Shown: positions 1 through 13,691, counted from the stretch's first letter. The stretch: 64,000 bases of DNA from the human T2T-CHM13v2.0 reference genome, Homo sapiens (GCF_009914755.1 NC_060940.1), one strand, 5' to 3'. Translations and numbers: made by a program. Notes: generated by a model not told the origin, from the letters alone.

Positions 1-919
1 AACACTCAAAGGAAATGGCTACTTATTTAGAAGTTCTTGGTTTGAGTGGCATCTCAGCTAGAAACACTATTAACCTCTGGAAATCTAACCAAAAACCTAT
101 TTATTTACACATGGGCTGTTTTGCTTTGTTTTGTTTTGCTAGTATATGAGTATGCGTGTCTGCCCTTTGCTGTAACCTTCTGAGCAGAGGTTGTGAGGCA
201 GTTAAGACTTGGAGCTTAGAAAGTTGGATTCTTTAAAAGTAAAATAGTAATAGCAATAATAATAAAGACCTGGTCAACCTGCCCCACCCCAATAACAGGG
301 TTGTCTACATGATTATGAGTGGGTACATTTTGATTTTTCAAGCTTGCTGCAAATGGGCCTGAATTGGACTCGATTTCCCATCGTAATTGCTTTCTGCATG
401 AAGAGGTCTTTTCCAGAACTGTCTGCGACCGCTGTTTTAATGGGAAGCTTGTCTATTTATATGTTAATAATTTCCTCCAACTTATTGGGCTTGTTGATGC
501 AAAAGCCCAAATCAGATGCTTTCCAATTTTCAAGGTTTACTATTAATCTCAGATTTTTTTGCACCAACGGAAAGCTGTTTCAACCTCCTCTGCTCTAAAC
601 CCTCTTGATGAAAGCATGATGAATGACAACAGGCTTCTTTTCATGAAACATGGTTGTGCCGATATACATTTAACTTACAGCTCAGTGGAACCTCAGTGCA
701 GGTAGCTCCACAGGTGATTTTCACAGGTTGCTTCACAGGTGAATTTGCTAGGGAGAATGCCATCACGGATGAATGCCTTCACTCAGCTGCTGAGCTACCC
801 GGGCTTTGCTGAGAAAGATCTCCTGTATCATGTGAATGGGCCTGGGCTTGTGGGATGTGACGCTGCAGCAAAGGAATCCAGGAGAGGAAACCAAGGACTC
901 AGCACTAGAAACGGAACAG

Positions 920-1135
920 GCCAGCTTTGAAATCCAGACTCTACAAGCAAGTAACAGTGTAGCACCCCACAGCCACAGCCTCTCTGATTTTCAGTTTCCT
1001 CATTGCTTAAAAAAAATGACAGCAATCATTCTCTCATATTGTTTATCTCTTACGTATCGTGGGGTTTAATTATATAGTGTCCATGAAGATACTTAAATGT
1101 CTGGTTAATGAAAACCCTCCGATACATCACTGTTA
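920..1135 (+). mobile_element. MIR SINE relic
   Basis: MIR core-like 'cctctctgattttcagtttcctcattg' with a diverged upstream B-box region and 3' tail. Confidence 0.6.
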
Positions 1136-1186
1136 AAGCTCAGACACTCTGAATCTAGTCTTCATAATTCACACATCCATTGCTTG

Positions 1187-1290
1187 ATCCATAGGGCAGG
1201 GATTTTCATCCTTTTTGTTTTCTGTTGCTTCTCCCCAGTGCCTAGGACAAGTTCGTGAACGTAGTAGGTGCTTATTAAGTAGTTATGGAC
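1187..1290 (+). mobile_element. L2 LINE 3' end
   Basis: 'ccatagggcaggga...ccccagtgcctaggaca...gtagtaggtgcttattaa' matches the L2 3' terminus. Confidence 0.7.
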
Positions 1291-1467
1291 AAATTGCATA
1301 GCGAGTTCAGTCATCACAGGTTTATTGACCATCTGTGGTGTCCCAGCATCTTAGAAATGAAAATATGCTGTTCTTGTTCCTGAGAGCTCTTGACCTTTGA
1401 GGGATGACAGGTAGGTGGAGGTTGGCAGAGAACTGAGATATAAATAATAAGTAATGACAGTAGTGTG

Positions 1468-1660
1468 CAGTCTCTTAAAAGAATGGCCCAAGAAGCATCT
1501 AAATGAGAATGACCTGGAGCGTGTGTTAAAAACACAGATTCATTGGCCCCAGACAAGATTTATGGAATCAAAACACCTAGGTGATGGGCCCTGGGAATCT
1601 TCATTTTTAAGAAACATCTCAGACAACTCTAACTTTCATTTCTATTTGGAAACTTTTGCA
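1468..1660. mobile_element. MER5-family hAT-Charlie MITE
   Basis: 'gaatgacctggagcgtgtgttaaaaacacagattc...gggccctgggaatcttcatttttaa' resembles MER5A/B. Confidence 0.6.
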
Positions 1661-1929
1661 GAGATGGGTGCTGAGAGTAGGGTTTGTGTCATTGCAAGTT
1701 GCTGCGGCAGCTGCAGGCAGGGTTAAGGGGAGTGAGAGGAGCCTCCCTCGAGGAACTAGGGCTTGAAGGATGGAGAAGAGACTTCCAGGTGAAGAAGGGT
1801 GTAAGGACTTCCTAGTACAGGGAAAGGCACAGACCCCAGACAGCACCGACCCCTCCAGAAAACGTGCGCAGAGGAGACCTGAACAATTGAGTGGAAACAA
1901 GGGGTGAGGATAATAAATTCAGATTATTA

Positions 1930-2243
<314 letters not shown>

Positions 2244-2754
2244 AATAAATTCAGATTTTCTAAAGCAAATTTTGTGATCAAATAAATAACGTAACCAGAT
2301 CTATGTTGAATAAGAGCAATCATGTGGATTAACTCAAATGTATGTACAAGGCTGAACTGACAGTATCGCAAAGGCATGCAAGGGAAGTGTGATCTGGTAA
2401 ATGCCTCCGCTGAGCATACAGGGATCCCTTAACCGACCCCGTGAGCCTAAAGCGTTCTGGGAAATACGTGGATGCTTGCATTGAAGATGATCCCTAAGTC
2501 AATACAAAAGGAAACTGAGGCAGAAACATGGGAAGAAACCTGTGAATTCATAAGTAATTTCTTTGCAAAGGCAATATTTGCATTTTTAGTTTCCTTTCTA
2601 TTCATACTTCCTCTGAATCCAATATTCTATTCTCTCCCTATCTTTTTTTTTTTTTTCTTTTCTGAACAGGACCCCGGACTCAGCATCTGTCAAGTGTGGT
2701 TTTAGGGTGGGTGGACCTGAGAGGCAGGATTTGGGCAGGTGCACAAAAGGGTAT

Positions 2755-2935
2755 AAGTCCAGGGTTTGCCAGCCATAGACCTGGCCGAGTCCAAGGTCTA
2801 GAATCTAGAATCTCCCAACGTCCTCATTTTATTGTGTATTAAATGTGGATAATAAGAAATATCTCCCAGAGCTATTTCAAAGGTTGGCTGATGGAAAGTG
2901 TATAAAAAGTTTGGCATACAGTGGGTGCTTGGTGA
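2755..2935 (+). mobile_element. MIR relic
   Basis: 3' part 'aaagtgtataaaaagtttggcatacagtgggtgctt' and a diverged core. Confidence 0.5.
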
Positions 2936-3685
2936 AGGAGGGATAAATAGCGGGGATGGTGGCAGCGACAAAAATCGTTATTAACGTTCATTTCTTTCTT
3001 GCCCTGGGGAGCTGAGACCAGAAGCCTCCTTGATCACATTTTTGCTTAGAAGAGTTTTGGCTTGGAAATAACCCAAACTGGGAGGTTCACCCCAAAAGCT
3101 GTGTTCAGGGAGCAGCTCCCTTGGCTCACAGCTCCTGTGAAATGGCAGAGGCTTGTCATTCTAGTGACTCAGCTTCTGGCTTCTCCACGGAGTGGCCAGC
3201 TGGAAGCAGGTGTAGCTGCAACTTCTCCCCAGACCTGGCCTGGCTCTTGCAGCTCCAGCTTCAGCCCAGGGGAGGGGCCATCTCCTCCTACTGGGAAGTT
3301 CTCAGGGAGGAGGCCAGATCCGGCCTGCACTGAGTGGCAGCCTGGAGAACCTCATCTTGCTTGACTCATGGCAACCGGTGGAGCATGTCATGGGTGCACG
3401 GGCATTCAAGGGAAAGGGGGCCTGTTGTGACAAAACACTGCACCCATTGCTGAGTCACCTCCTGCAGGGCCCAGCCATCCTTGCCTCTCTTCTGCTCCCA
3501 ACCTCCCCTCTGGACCCAACCGTGCCCATTTCTGAGAAGGCATTAGGCAACAGATAGCCCAGACACACTGGAGCAATAGCACCCCAGGAAGAGTTAAACA
3601 ATGATCCCAGGCCTTAGGCAACTTCTTGGCTTAGAGCCCCTATCATACTTAAATGTTTGCTGTCTACAGACCCTTGAATGGAATT

Positions 3686-3708
3686 GGGATTGGGAATTGG
3701 GATGGGGG
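3686..3708 (+). other. G-quadruplex-forming motif
   Basis: GGG-ATT-GGG-AATT-GGG-AT-GGGGG fits the G3N1-7 x4 pattern. Confidence 0.6.
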
Positions 3709-3722
3709 TGAAACATGACAAA

Positions 3723-3838
3723 TAAGGTGGTCAACTTGTCTGATTTGCCCAGCACTATTCCACGTTTAACATAGATAGTCTGTGGTCCCAGGAAGACCCC
3801 CTCAACCTTGAGAAAACAGAGGCAAATTGGTCACCTTA
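3723..3838. mobile_element. MER81 (hAT-Blackjack MITE)
   Basis: About 116 bp; TIRs taaggtggtcaa / ttggtcacctta; internal 'gtcccaggaagaccccctca' resembles MER81. Confidence 0.75.
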
Positions 3839-3924
3839 AAGAAATTAGGGTACTAGAGAAGACAGGTGTCCTGGCCCCAGAGTTGCTGCTTGGAGAGTAT
3901 ACTCGGATGCCTATGATTTCTGTG

Positions 3925-4130
3925 TTTGAATACTGCCTGTGTGCCTGGCATGTCTGTATATTGTATGTCACAAGGACGACCATCCCAAGAGGCAGGTCCT
4001 ATAATGATCCCCATTTTACCAATGAGTCGAGTGGGTCACGGATGCTGTGAGCAACTTTGTGAGGTCACAGGGGTGGGAATGCCAGGGTCAGCGTGTGAGT
4101 CTCAGCAGCCTGGCTCCAGACTGAGGTTGC
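3925..4130 (-). mobile_element. MIR relic
   Basis: 'atccccattttaccaatgag...gaggtcacag...cagcctggctccaga' is antisense MIR. Confidence 0.65.
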
Positions 4131-4159
4131 CCATGCTCTCCTGTGTTGACTGCCTAGGT

Positions 4160-4162
4160 ACA

Positions 4163-4197
<35 letters not shown>

Positions 4198-4555
4198 TAC
4201 AGGCACACAGATACGCAGATACACAAACACACACAGACAGGAACAGACACACAAAGAGATACACACACGCAGATACACACACGGATAGATACACACAAAT
4301 GCACACAAACATGAACACAGATACACACAGACAAATGCACACACAATGAAGCACACAAACACACATATTCAAACACACAGACACATACCACACACACAGA
4401 CACACATAAGCACCTACACAGACATGCATTACACAAATTCACAGACACACACCACACACAAGGACACACAGACACACAAAGACGTACACAGACATATACA
4501 CAAATATACCAAGACAACAAATATAAACACACACACACACAGACACATACACACT
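4160..4555. repeat. Long degenerate (CA)n/(CAGA) simple repeat
   Basis: About 400 bp of CA, CAGA and CATA units, directly visible. Confidence 0.95.
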
Positions 4556-4933
4556 TAGGGCCTGCGTGGCACCATGTTGGCAGGAAGCCTCATTTCAAAA
4601 AAGCCTAGTTCAGCAGTCAAGAGTAATTGAAAAGAAACTGAGATCTTTGCTTCTGGTGCCTGGAGAAAACTGAAAGGGGCCCAGCCCATAAGTTCCCTTC
4701 CTCCAATGCCTCTCTCTCTCCTGACCCTGATTCACCCTGCAGCCCTTGGCTTTCCAAACTTGCAAATCTCTTTCCTTTCTCCTTTTCATCCCTCTCTTTT
4801 TTCTCTCTTTTCCTTTTACTTCTTTTTTACCCTGTCCCCTAGAATACCCTGGAAGGCAGCAGCCGTTCTTTCCTCTCTCTCAAAGTTTCTCCAGCTCCTT
4901 CTCTTGAGCCTATCTACTAGCCTGGCACAGGGC

Positions 4934-5222
4934 CCAGGAGTCAGGATCCAGGATCCAGAACCCAGGATCCAGGACCCAGACCCAGGACTCAGAATTCAGT
5001 ACCCAGGACCCAGGACTCAGGATCCAAGACCCTGAACACCAGGACTCAGGATCCGACACCCTGGACCCAGGACTCAGAATTCAGGACCCAGGACCCAGTA
5101 CTCAGCACCCAGGACCCAAGACCCAGGACCCAGGACTCAGAATTCAGGACCTAGGATCCAAGACTCAGGACTAAGGACCCAGGACCCAGGACCCAGGACT
5201 CAGGACCCAGGAACCAGAACCC
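4934..5222 (+). repeat. Heptamer minisatellite, consensus (YCAGGAC)n, about 40 units
   Basis: ccaggac/tcaggac/ccaggat/tcagaat units in tandem. Confidence 0.95.
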
Positions 5223-6674
5223 CTTTGCTACAGCACCCTCCCCCACATAGCTGAAACCACAGACTGTCCTTGCTAGGACACCTGGAGCCTGGGAAATCCC
5301 TTCAGAGTCCGTATTTGCATTTCCATTTCAAACCCGCTTGCTCACTCTTGGTATTTGTGCTATTACATCTAGTGCCTGACTTTTTGCTAAATTCTTCAAA
5401 GGAATATTCAGCTCATTTTGGTTACTTAATGGTAAATTCTAGCTCCTTCTTGGGCCCGTGTTCTCCACCGTGAGTGCACCTTAGAACCAACAACGTGGGG
5501 ATCTTTTGAAATGTATGGTAGTCCCAGGTTCATGTCACACTGGTTGACTCAAAGAGTCTTGGATCTGGGCTTCCTGGTGGGTGTGATACACAGTGATATC
5601 CATGGAGACTGCTGTACTCAAGCCAGAGAGCTGACACTCAACTCCAGGATCCCTGAGACCACTCGCTGGGAAATTAATTCAGTCATAGCCACAGAATAGT
5701 GATATGCACAGCTGTAACTATGAGAGAAAAGACACACAGGGTGGGTTTGCTTGACATATATTTGCCGACCATCTCCTGTACGTCAGACACCATTCCAGGT
5801 GCTGGGATTACAAAGATTTGTACAACATATTCTTGGCCCTTATGTAGATGAGAGTCCAGGCAGGGAGGTGGGCATGTGAGCAACAGCAAGAACAAAACAT
5901 GAGGATTTTGTGTGATGATGATCTTGGTGGATCATGGGATCCCAAGACCATGGGAGAAGGCTGATGGGGCAAGTCAAGCGACGCCTCTGGAAGCAGAGGG
6001 TGCAGAAGGATGAACCAGGCATGCCGAGCCCTGCAGCCCCACCTTGGAGAAGTAGTGCTGATGTCTTCACCAGCGTGCTCCAACACCCATTCCTCGGGGT
6101 CAGCACCACATTAGCTGGAGATAGCTGCAGAACCCACAAGCAGTGCCTGAGACACACAGAACCCCTGCCTGCTGCAGGTCACAGACCCCTGCAATCATCA
6201 CTGAGAAGTCCAGGACATTATGGAATCTTAAAAGAAGAGGGTGAATAACAGACCTGAGGGGATCTCAGAGGACCTGAACCTTAAGGGGGAGGGGGCATGA
6301 TTCAGATGGAGAACATACATAGAGTAGTCACATGCCAGGCCAAGGGAGCTGAGCCACAAGGAAACCAAGACATGAGCAAGTACGCAGAGTCGGGCGCAGG
6401 GAGGGAACGTGGCATTGACATGTGAGGGAGGAACGCAGATGGCCCGGTGGCCTGGGTCCAAAGTGTGGAAAGGCCCAGTGAGGCCATCTCTGTTTGGGGG
6501 TCTTACTCCACTTCCTTTAGATGATGAGGAATTAAAGACAGTAAATGCTACTGTCTCCATTCCTGGAAAGTTAGCGAAAATGCAAATTTTAAATTATCTT
6601 GGAGATCGGGGAGCTTTCCAAACATTTTTAATGAAGAATGAAATCACAAAGCAATAGGAAAAAGTTCTTTTCTA

Positions 6675-7040
6675 TGAAACCTTTACTAAATACCCGTTAT
6701 GTGTTGAGTGCTGGGCCAAGCTCAGGTGAAGATAACAGGAGTTCAGGAGATGGGCCCTGTCTCTGGAGCCCCGACCCTCACAGGGAGGTGGATATTGATG
6801 GATGAATCAACATTTAATGACCTAAGGTAAAGGATGCTGGGTCTCCTGAGGAGGTATCCTGAGGAGGCTGTGGATAGAAGTGACTGAGGTTGTTCAGGCA
6901 GGGTCAGAAGGACAGAAGGAGCCAGGAGAATGGCTGGAAGGAAGGAAGGAAGGACGCTGCAGCTCAGATCTGAAGGTTGAGTTGATGTGAGCCAGGTGAG
7001 GGGAGGGCACACGTGCTGTAGGCAAATGTGGGCTGGGTGC
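6675..7040 (-). mobile_element. L2 fragment
   Basis: 'tttactaaatacccgttatgtgttgagtgctgggc...gggccctgtctctggagc...ctcagatctgaagg' is antisense L2 3' region. Confidence 0.65.
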
Positions 7041-7074
7041 GACTTCCCAAGGCAGAGGGGCTGTGCCTCTTCTC

Positions 7075-7335
7075 CCAATCTCTCTGTCTCTCTGTCTGTT
7101 TCTCTCTCAATCTCTGTCTCTGTCTCTATCTCTTTCTATCTCTTTTTCTCTCTGTATGTCTGTCTCTGTCTCTGTGTGTGTCTCTCTTTCTTACTCTCCC
7201 CCATCTCTCTCTCATTCTTTTTTCTCTCTCAGTCTCTCTCTGTGTGTGTGCCCATCTCTCTGCATCTCTCTCTTTGTCTCTGTCTCTCCCTCCCTATTTT
7301 TATGTCCTCCTTTTTCCCCCTCTCCCTCTCTTTTT
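7075..7335. repeat. CT-rich (TCTCTG)n low-complexity tract
   Basis: About 260 bp polypyrimidine tract, directly visible. Confidence 0.9.
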
Positions 7336-7336
7336 A

Positions 7337-7490
7337 CAACTTTGTTATCTTGGAAAAAGTGAATATCCATATACAATTATAAGAAATAATACAGGAGGCC
7401 CTTATGCCTTTACCCACTTCTCCCCATTGTAACATCTTACATAACTGTCCTATAATATAACAACCAAGAAATTGACATTGGTAAAATTCC
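7337..7490 (-). mobile_element. L1MC-type 3' UTR fragment
   Basis: 'tttacccacttctccccattgtaacatcttacataac...aaccaagaaattgacattggta'. Confidence 0.6.
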
Positions 7491-8389
7491 CCCTCTCTTT
7501 AAAAAAAACAACACACACAAATAATAAAACCACCACTTTTTTATCAATAGCTCCAGCATCAAGGTAACTAGTTAACTATCCCTCAGATAAATCTGTCTCT
7601 CTGGGTAAGAGCAGGTATGCAGGTACATATATGTATGCATGTATGTATACAAGCATACATACATATATATATATCATTTGAAAAACACATTTAATTGTAT
7701 CTAACTCAAATTTGGAATTATGAAATTATTAACTAACAAAAGTCTCTTCCCTTCTCTCTTTAAGGAAAAAAATAAAGTCTAGCTTCAGAGCATTAAAATG
7801 AATATTGAGTACCCCAAAGACATGAGTGTTTGGGAGGGAAATTGTAATAATTACGTTGAACAGCTTCATCAGTTTTGCGAAGAAAGGGGATAGGAATATT
7901 TTATCCTTTTTATTAAATTCCCATTTGGCACTGGAACAGTCATCATTTTATAACAATTCCATGTCATCCCTCTATTGTCTTTCTATGAGAGTCTCACCTC
8001 CCTCAGGATTTTTGGAAATAGATTTCAAGGAAATGGGAGTCAGTGCAATGCCTTGTCTTACATGCCAATATATTTTGCTCCTTGCTACAGGTTCAGATTC
8101 TAAGTAAAGATTTTGTCCTGTGATACAGTTAGCTCCATTCTTTTTTTCTGTCAGGATAAAAAAGATCGAAAAAGAGAAAGCAAAATGGAAAATGTGAATT
8201 AATACACAGGAAACTTACAGAAATATTTACAAGAACCAAATTCAGAGTGACTTTTCATAACACACAGGTGACGCACGCAGGCAATCTCACAATAGATGCA
8301 GTTACATGGTACCTACAAGGTGCTGACCATCAGGCTAGAACCTTCAAAAATAACTTGACAAACATCTACATCAAACGTAAAAATTACGA

Positions 8390-8825
<436 letters not shown>

Positions 8826-9184
8826 ACAATACTAGTTTTCAGTTGACTTTTTAGGTAACTTATGGCTGAGGACAAGAGAGAATGTATCACTTGATAATTT
8901 GAGCTACAGTCTGAGGCCTCAAGGTTGAAGTCAACTGATAAAGAGACTGATTTTGAACCAGAATGGGGACAGTTTGGTAACTTTTGATCCTTAGATGATA
9001 TATGGATTCTTGTCCTTTCTCGGGTAGTACAAAGCCCTATGAAGTTTAACATAAAAATCTTAATTACAGATCCCCATGGGCTGTCCCGAATAGTTAGCAC
9101 ACATTCGGGCTCTAGGAGAACTGCCCTCCCAGACACGCCATTCTACTCACACTATGATTTGTTGAATCTGATGAGGGCGGCTGT

Positions 9185-9360
9185 CCCATGCTTTACCTGT
9201 ATTGACTCAGTTGTTCCTTGCAACAGCCCTTTGAGGTGAGTCTTACAGTTAACCTGTTTAAAGATGGAAACAATGAGGCTCAGGATGGTGAAGAAACTGG
9301 CTCAGTGTCACTTTCATAGGAAGTGGCCCATCTGAAACTGGAATCTAGGTCAGATCTCAG
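9185..9360 (-). mobile_element. MIR relic
   Basis: 'caacagccctttgaggtgag...agatggaaacaatgaggctcagg'. Confidence 0.65.
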
Positions 9361-9561
9361 GGCTAAAAGGAGTGAACTAATGAGGACTTTGAGATAATCA
9401 TGGCAAAAGGCATCCCTAATACCTGCTTTTCTAAGATAAGGGGATAGATGGCTATCAACTAGCTCCCTTTTCTACCCTTTCAAAGGAATGCTAGGGTTAG
9501 ACTTTACTTCATGTTTATCCCAAGGACATAAGGAGAAATATCCAATATCCCCAAAGATATA

Positions 9562-10547
<986 letters not shown>

Positions 10548-10796
10548 TATATACAAAAAAAAAAGATCAGTGCTACCATGTATGTAATAGGAAATAATTG
10601 AAAACAATTTTTAAATCTTATAGGACATTTAAATTATGAGTCAGCTATACAACAAAGTTATATGCAACCATGAAAATTAAGTTGTTAGAAGATTTGAAAA
10701 TTATTATTAGGTAATGGCAGTTGGAGGAAGAGAAGCAGGGTATTCAGCCATGTAAATTGTATGGTTCAGCACTGACAAAACTGGCATTTGTCTCTA

Positions 10797-10798
<2 letters not shown>

Positions 10799-10846
<48 letters not shown>
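10799..10846. repeat. Perfect (CA)24 microsatellite
   Basis: Directly visible. Confidence 0.97.
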
Positions 10847-10848
<2 letters not shown>

Positions 10849-11660
10849 ATACATTTGAAACACAGCTTGGAAGAAATGATAAGTGGTGATCATCTTTGAA
10901 TAGTGTGCTTATGGTGTTTTGAAGTTTTTTCCTTATAATTTTAATATTATTAAGTTAATTATACTATGCATATATATACTTTATAATCATAAATGCTTCA
11001 AACAGTTTCATCATTTGATAGTCATACTTTGTTGATAAATCGGCCTAGCCCTTTTGGAATATCCTATGATTAGATACATCAAGGGCCATAAAATTTTCAT
11101 AATTGTTGACCTTGTGATTTCTATTTTAAGGGAATACATTTTTTACAACATTAAATGCATAAAGATGTTGATTATACTGTGTTTTATTCAAGAAACATAT
11201 CTGAACCAAATTAGTGTACAACCATAGTGGCATGATATCAAGAATATTGCAACATCAATGTGATGAGATATTATGTAGCTGTTATGTACCATGTATTTAA
11301 GAAATGGTTAATAAGCACTTACCACGGATTAAGGATATAACAGAGAGCTAAAAATGATACTTTAAAGAACTTCCGTTTCAGTGAAGAAACAGATATTAAT
11401 CAAAGAATCACGCATAAAACGGTAAAAACGCAACTCTGATCATTGCTAAAAAGAAAATAGAAACATTCCTTTCATGATTAAAAAGGGAATACTGACCAAG
11501 TAAGGGAGTCAGGGTGTTCAGATAATTCCCCGAGAAACAGATGAGTCAGCAGAGATTTGTTGCTTATTATAACTCTGAAGATAGATGGATGAAAGATATA
11601 TAAATAAAAGAATGCAAAATAATGCTTGTACTACAGTTACAATATGTAAATATGCACATG

Positions 11661-11730
11661 TAGACAGAGATGAAAAATAACTTGCAAAAAAGAAATAGAC
11701 GGAGATGAAAAATAACTTGCAAAAAAGAAA
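11661..11730. repeat. 35-bp tandem duplication
   Basis: tagac(a/g)gagatgaaaaataacttgcaaaaaagaaa x2, one mismatch. Confidence 0.95.
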
Positions 11731-12319
11731 AACTATAAATAAATCTATTAAGATGATAGGATAGCGGTGATTTTTTTGTTAAAATGATTTGTAATGTTCT
11801 TTATAAATATTTTAAATGCAGCCATTTCTTAGATCTTTTACTTGACCCAATTGTATTTTATATATTCAAAATTACAAATTTACATTCAAAATAATATTTT
11901 AGAAAGTCAAGCATGCTTTATGATATAATTGTTTAAATATAAATATTGTTTTTTAGAGATTCAAATTAATGCATGTTTACTATTAGGGACATTGTTTAGG
12001 GTTAAAATACTCTTATGCCTTCCCAACTCTCAATTAAATGCTCATTCTTTTGTGTGTTTTTTTCTAACTTCTACTCACAGTTTTGTTTGCTTTATATATT
12101 GAAGATTGAAAATGCCTCAACACCACGACAAAGTTAAACCTGTTTCTATTCACTATTTCTTCATTAAAAAGATCAGTTGATTTTAATAAGTGGAGAATAG
12201 GTAGACATCAACACCACACTGCTGCTGAGATTGTCATAGGTTGATACGGCCAACACCTTGCCTAGGGAGTGCATTTTGGGGTCTGTGTCCAAGAGAGGAG
12301 GAAGATATGTCATCTCTGT

Positions 12320-12420
12320 TGTTCCCATTTAATCCTCAGTTTTAGACAAGTACCTAGTGTCTAGGATGTGATCAATAAACGTCTGTTGAATAAATAAGTG
12401 ATTAAATAAATAAAACTAAT
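12320..12420 (+). mobile_element. L2 3' end
   Basis: 'tcaataaacgtctgttgaataaataagtga' is the L2 terminus. Confidence 0.55.
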
Positions 12421-12624
12421 TTTTATTGAGGACATCTTGCGTTGTGCTTGAATGCAGTGTTCCATAGTTAAACAGACAGTTTTTTAAAAAACAAACAAAA
12501 AAGTCCGAGGCTCAGTGATCTAAGCTAGTGCAGGCTATGAATGAAATAATTTTAAAGTAGGAAAGAAAACAGATGAATAAAAATAATAACAATAGTGAAA
12601 TAAAAACATTTAATATGAAATCCA

Positions 12625-12873
12625 CAAAGTAAAAAGAAACAGATGGAATTAATTTTAGCAATATTTTTTACTTACACCATTATATCCAAAATATTATTAT
12701 TTCAACATGTAAACAATATTAAATAATTCTTAGTGAGCTCTTTTACCGTATTTTTTGTTTTGGATGAAGTCTTCAAAATCTGGTATGTTTGTGATACTAA
12801 AGCTATCTCCATTCCATCTAGCTGCCTTTCCATTGCCATGTGTGGCTGTTGGTCCCCTCTAGGATAGCACAGC
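12625..12873. mobile_element. MER33 (hAT-Charlie), partial
   Basis: 'aaaagaaacagatggaattaatttta...tatatccaaaatattattatttcaacatgtaa...gccatgtgtggct...ggatagcacag'. Confidence 0.75.
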
Positions 12874-13209
12874 TCTACATAAACCTTTTTATTTTAGATA
12901 TCAGGACCCAGAGCCAAAGACGGTCAGGACTGGCCCATGGCCATGCCCCATGGAGATTGTTCTAAGCAGAGACCACGGCCCTGAGTTTTTATGCCTTGAG
13001 TTGAATAGTTTTCACGTATCTAGGGACTGTGTAGCATCAGGAGCACCAGTGCAGGCTCCTTGACTGTCCTGCCTGGGTTGCAATCTCGCGATTCTCTCTT
13101 ACAGCGGTGCAGCCTTGGACAAGTTATTTACAACATGTTGGACTTAGTTTTCTCATAGTGAACCGAATCAAGTTATCCTGTGAAGGAAAATAAAACGAGA
13201 TAACCAATA

Positions 13210-13683
13210 TGCTGTGGGATAAATTGTGTCACCTGAAAAGATTCGGTGAAGTCCTAATCCCTAGTATCTCAGAGTTAAAGACCTTATTTGAAAATAGGGT
13301 TTGATGCAGATATAATTTGTCAAGATGAGGTCAAACTGAGACTGGGTGGACCCTTCATCCAATATGAATGATGCCCTTATTGCAAGAGGAGAAGAGAATC
13401 AGAGACAGACACACAGTGAGAACACCATGTAATGATGGAGATAGCGATTGGAGCGAAGCCACTGCAAGGTACAGGACACTCAAGATTGCCGGCTACCATC
13501 AGGAGCTAGGAGGAGACAAAGAAGGATGCTATGGACTCTCGGAGGGTGCATGGCCCTGCTGACACGTTGATTTCAGACTTGTATTCTCCAGAACTGTAGA
13601 GAATACATTTTTTTCTGGGTGGTTGTATGAAGCCTCTCAGTTTGTGGTAATTTTTTTTATAGCAGGCTTAGGAAACTGACACA
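13210..13683 (+). mobile_element. MLT1C-type MaLR solo LTR
   Basis: TG...CA ends; 'gaccttatttgaaaataggg', 'catggccctgctgacac', 'tttgtggtaattt...atagcag...taggaaactgacaca'. Confidence 0.85.
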
Positions 13684-13691
13684 CCCATAAG

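Larger units (their letters stand above)
10570..11800 (+). mobile_element. Very old L1ME-type 3' fragments (interrupted by a CA repeat and an antisense L2 piece at about 11290-11560)
   Basis: AT-rich segments resembling the L1ME4 3' region, e.g. 'aaagatgttgattatactgtg' and 'atattatgtagctgtt'. Confidence 0.4.

Noticed and set aside
2641-2760. Strong-looking plus-strand acceptor (poly-T...aacag at 2669)
   Set aside because: No convincing downstream donor; poly-T tracts often mimic acceptors
4065-4558. Cys/Val-rich and His/Thr-rich ORFs
   Set aside because: Translations of the (CA)n/(TG)n repeat
4706-5035. ORF with a hydrophobic N-terminus and QDP repeats, resembling a secreted repeat protein
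   Set aside because: Made from a CT-rich tract plus the 7-bp minisatellite; the unit length is not a multiple of 3 and the frame stops inside the array
4934-5222. Possible CRISPR-like repeat array
   Set aside because: No unique spacers, eukaryotic context and no cas genes; it is a minisatellite
5890-6300. Possible old MaLR LTR fragment
   Set aside because: Only vague similarity; termini and family could not be supported
6987-7432. Leu/Ser-rich membrane-like ORFs
   Set aside because: Translations of the (TCTCTG)n tract
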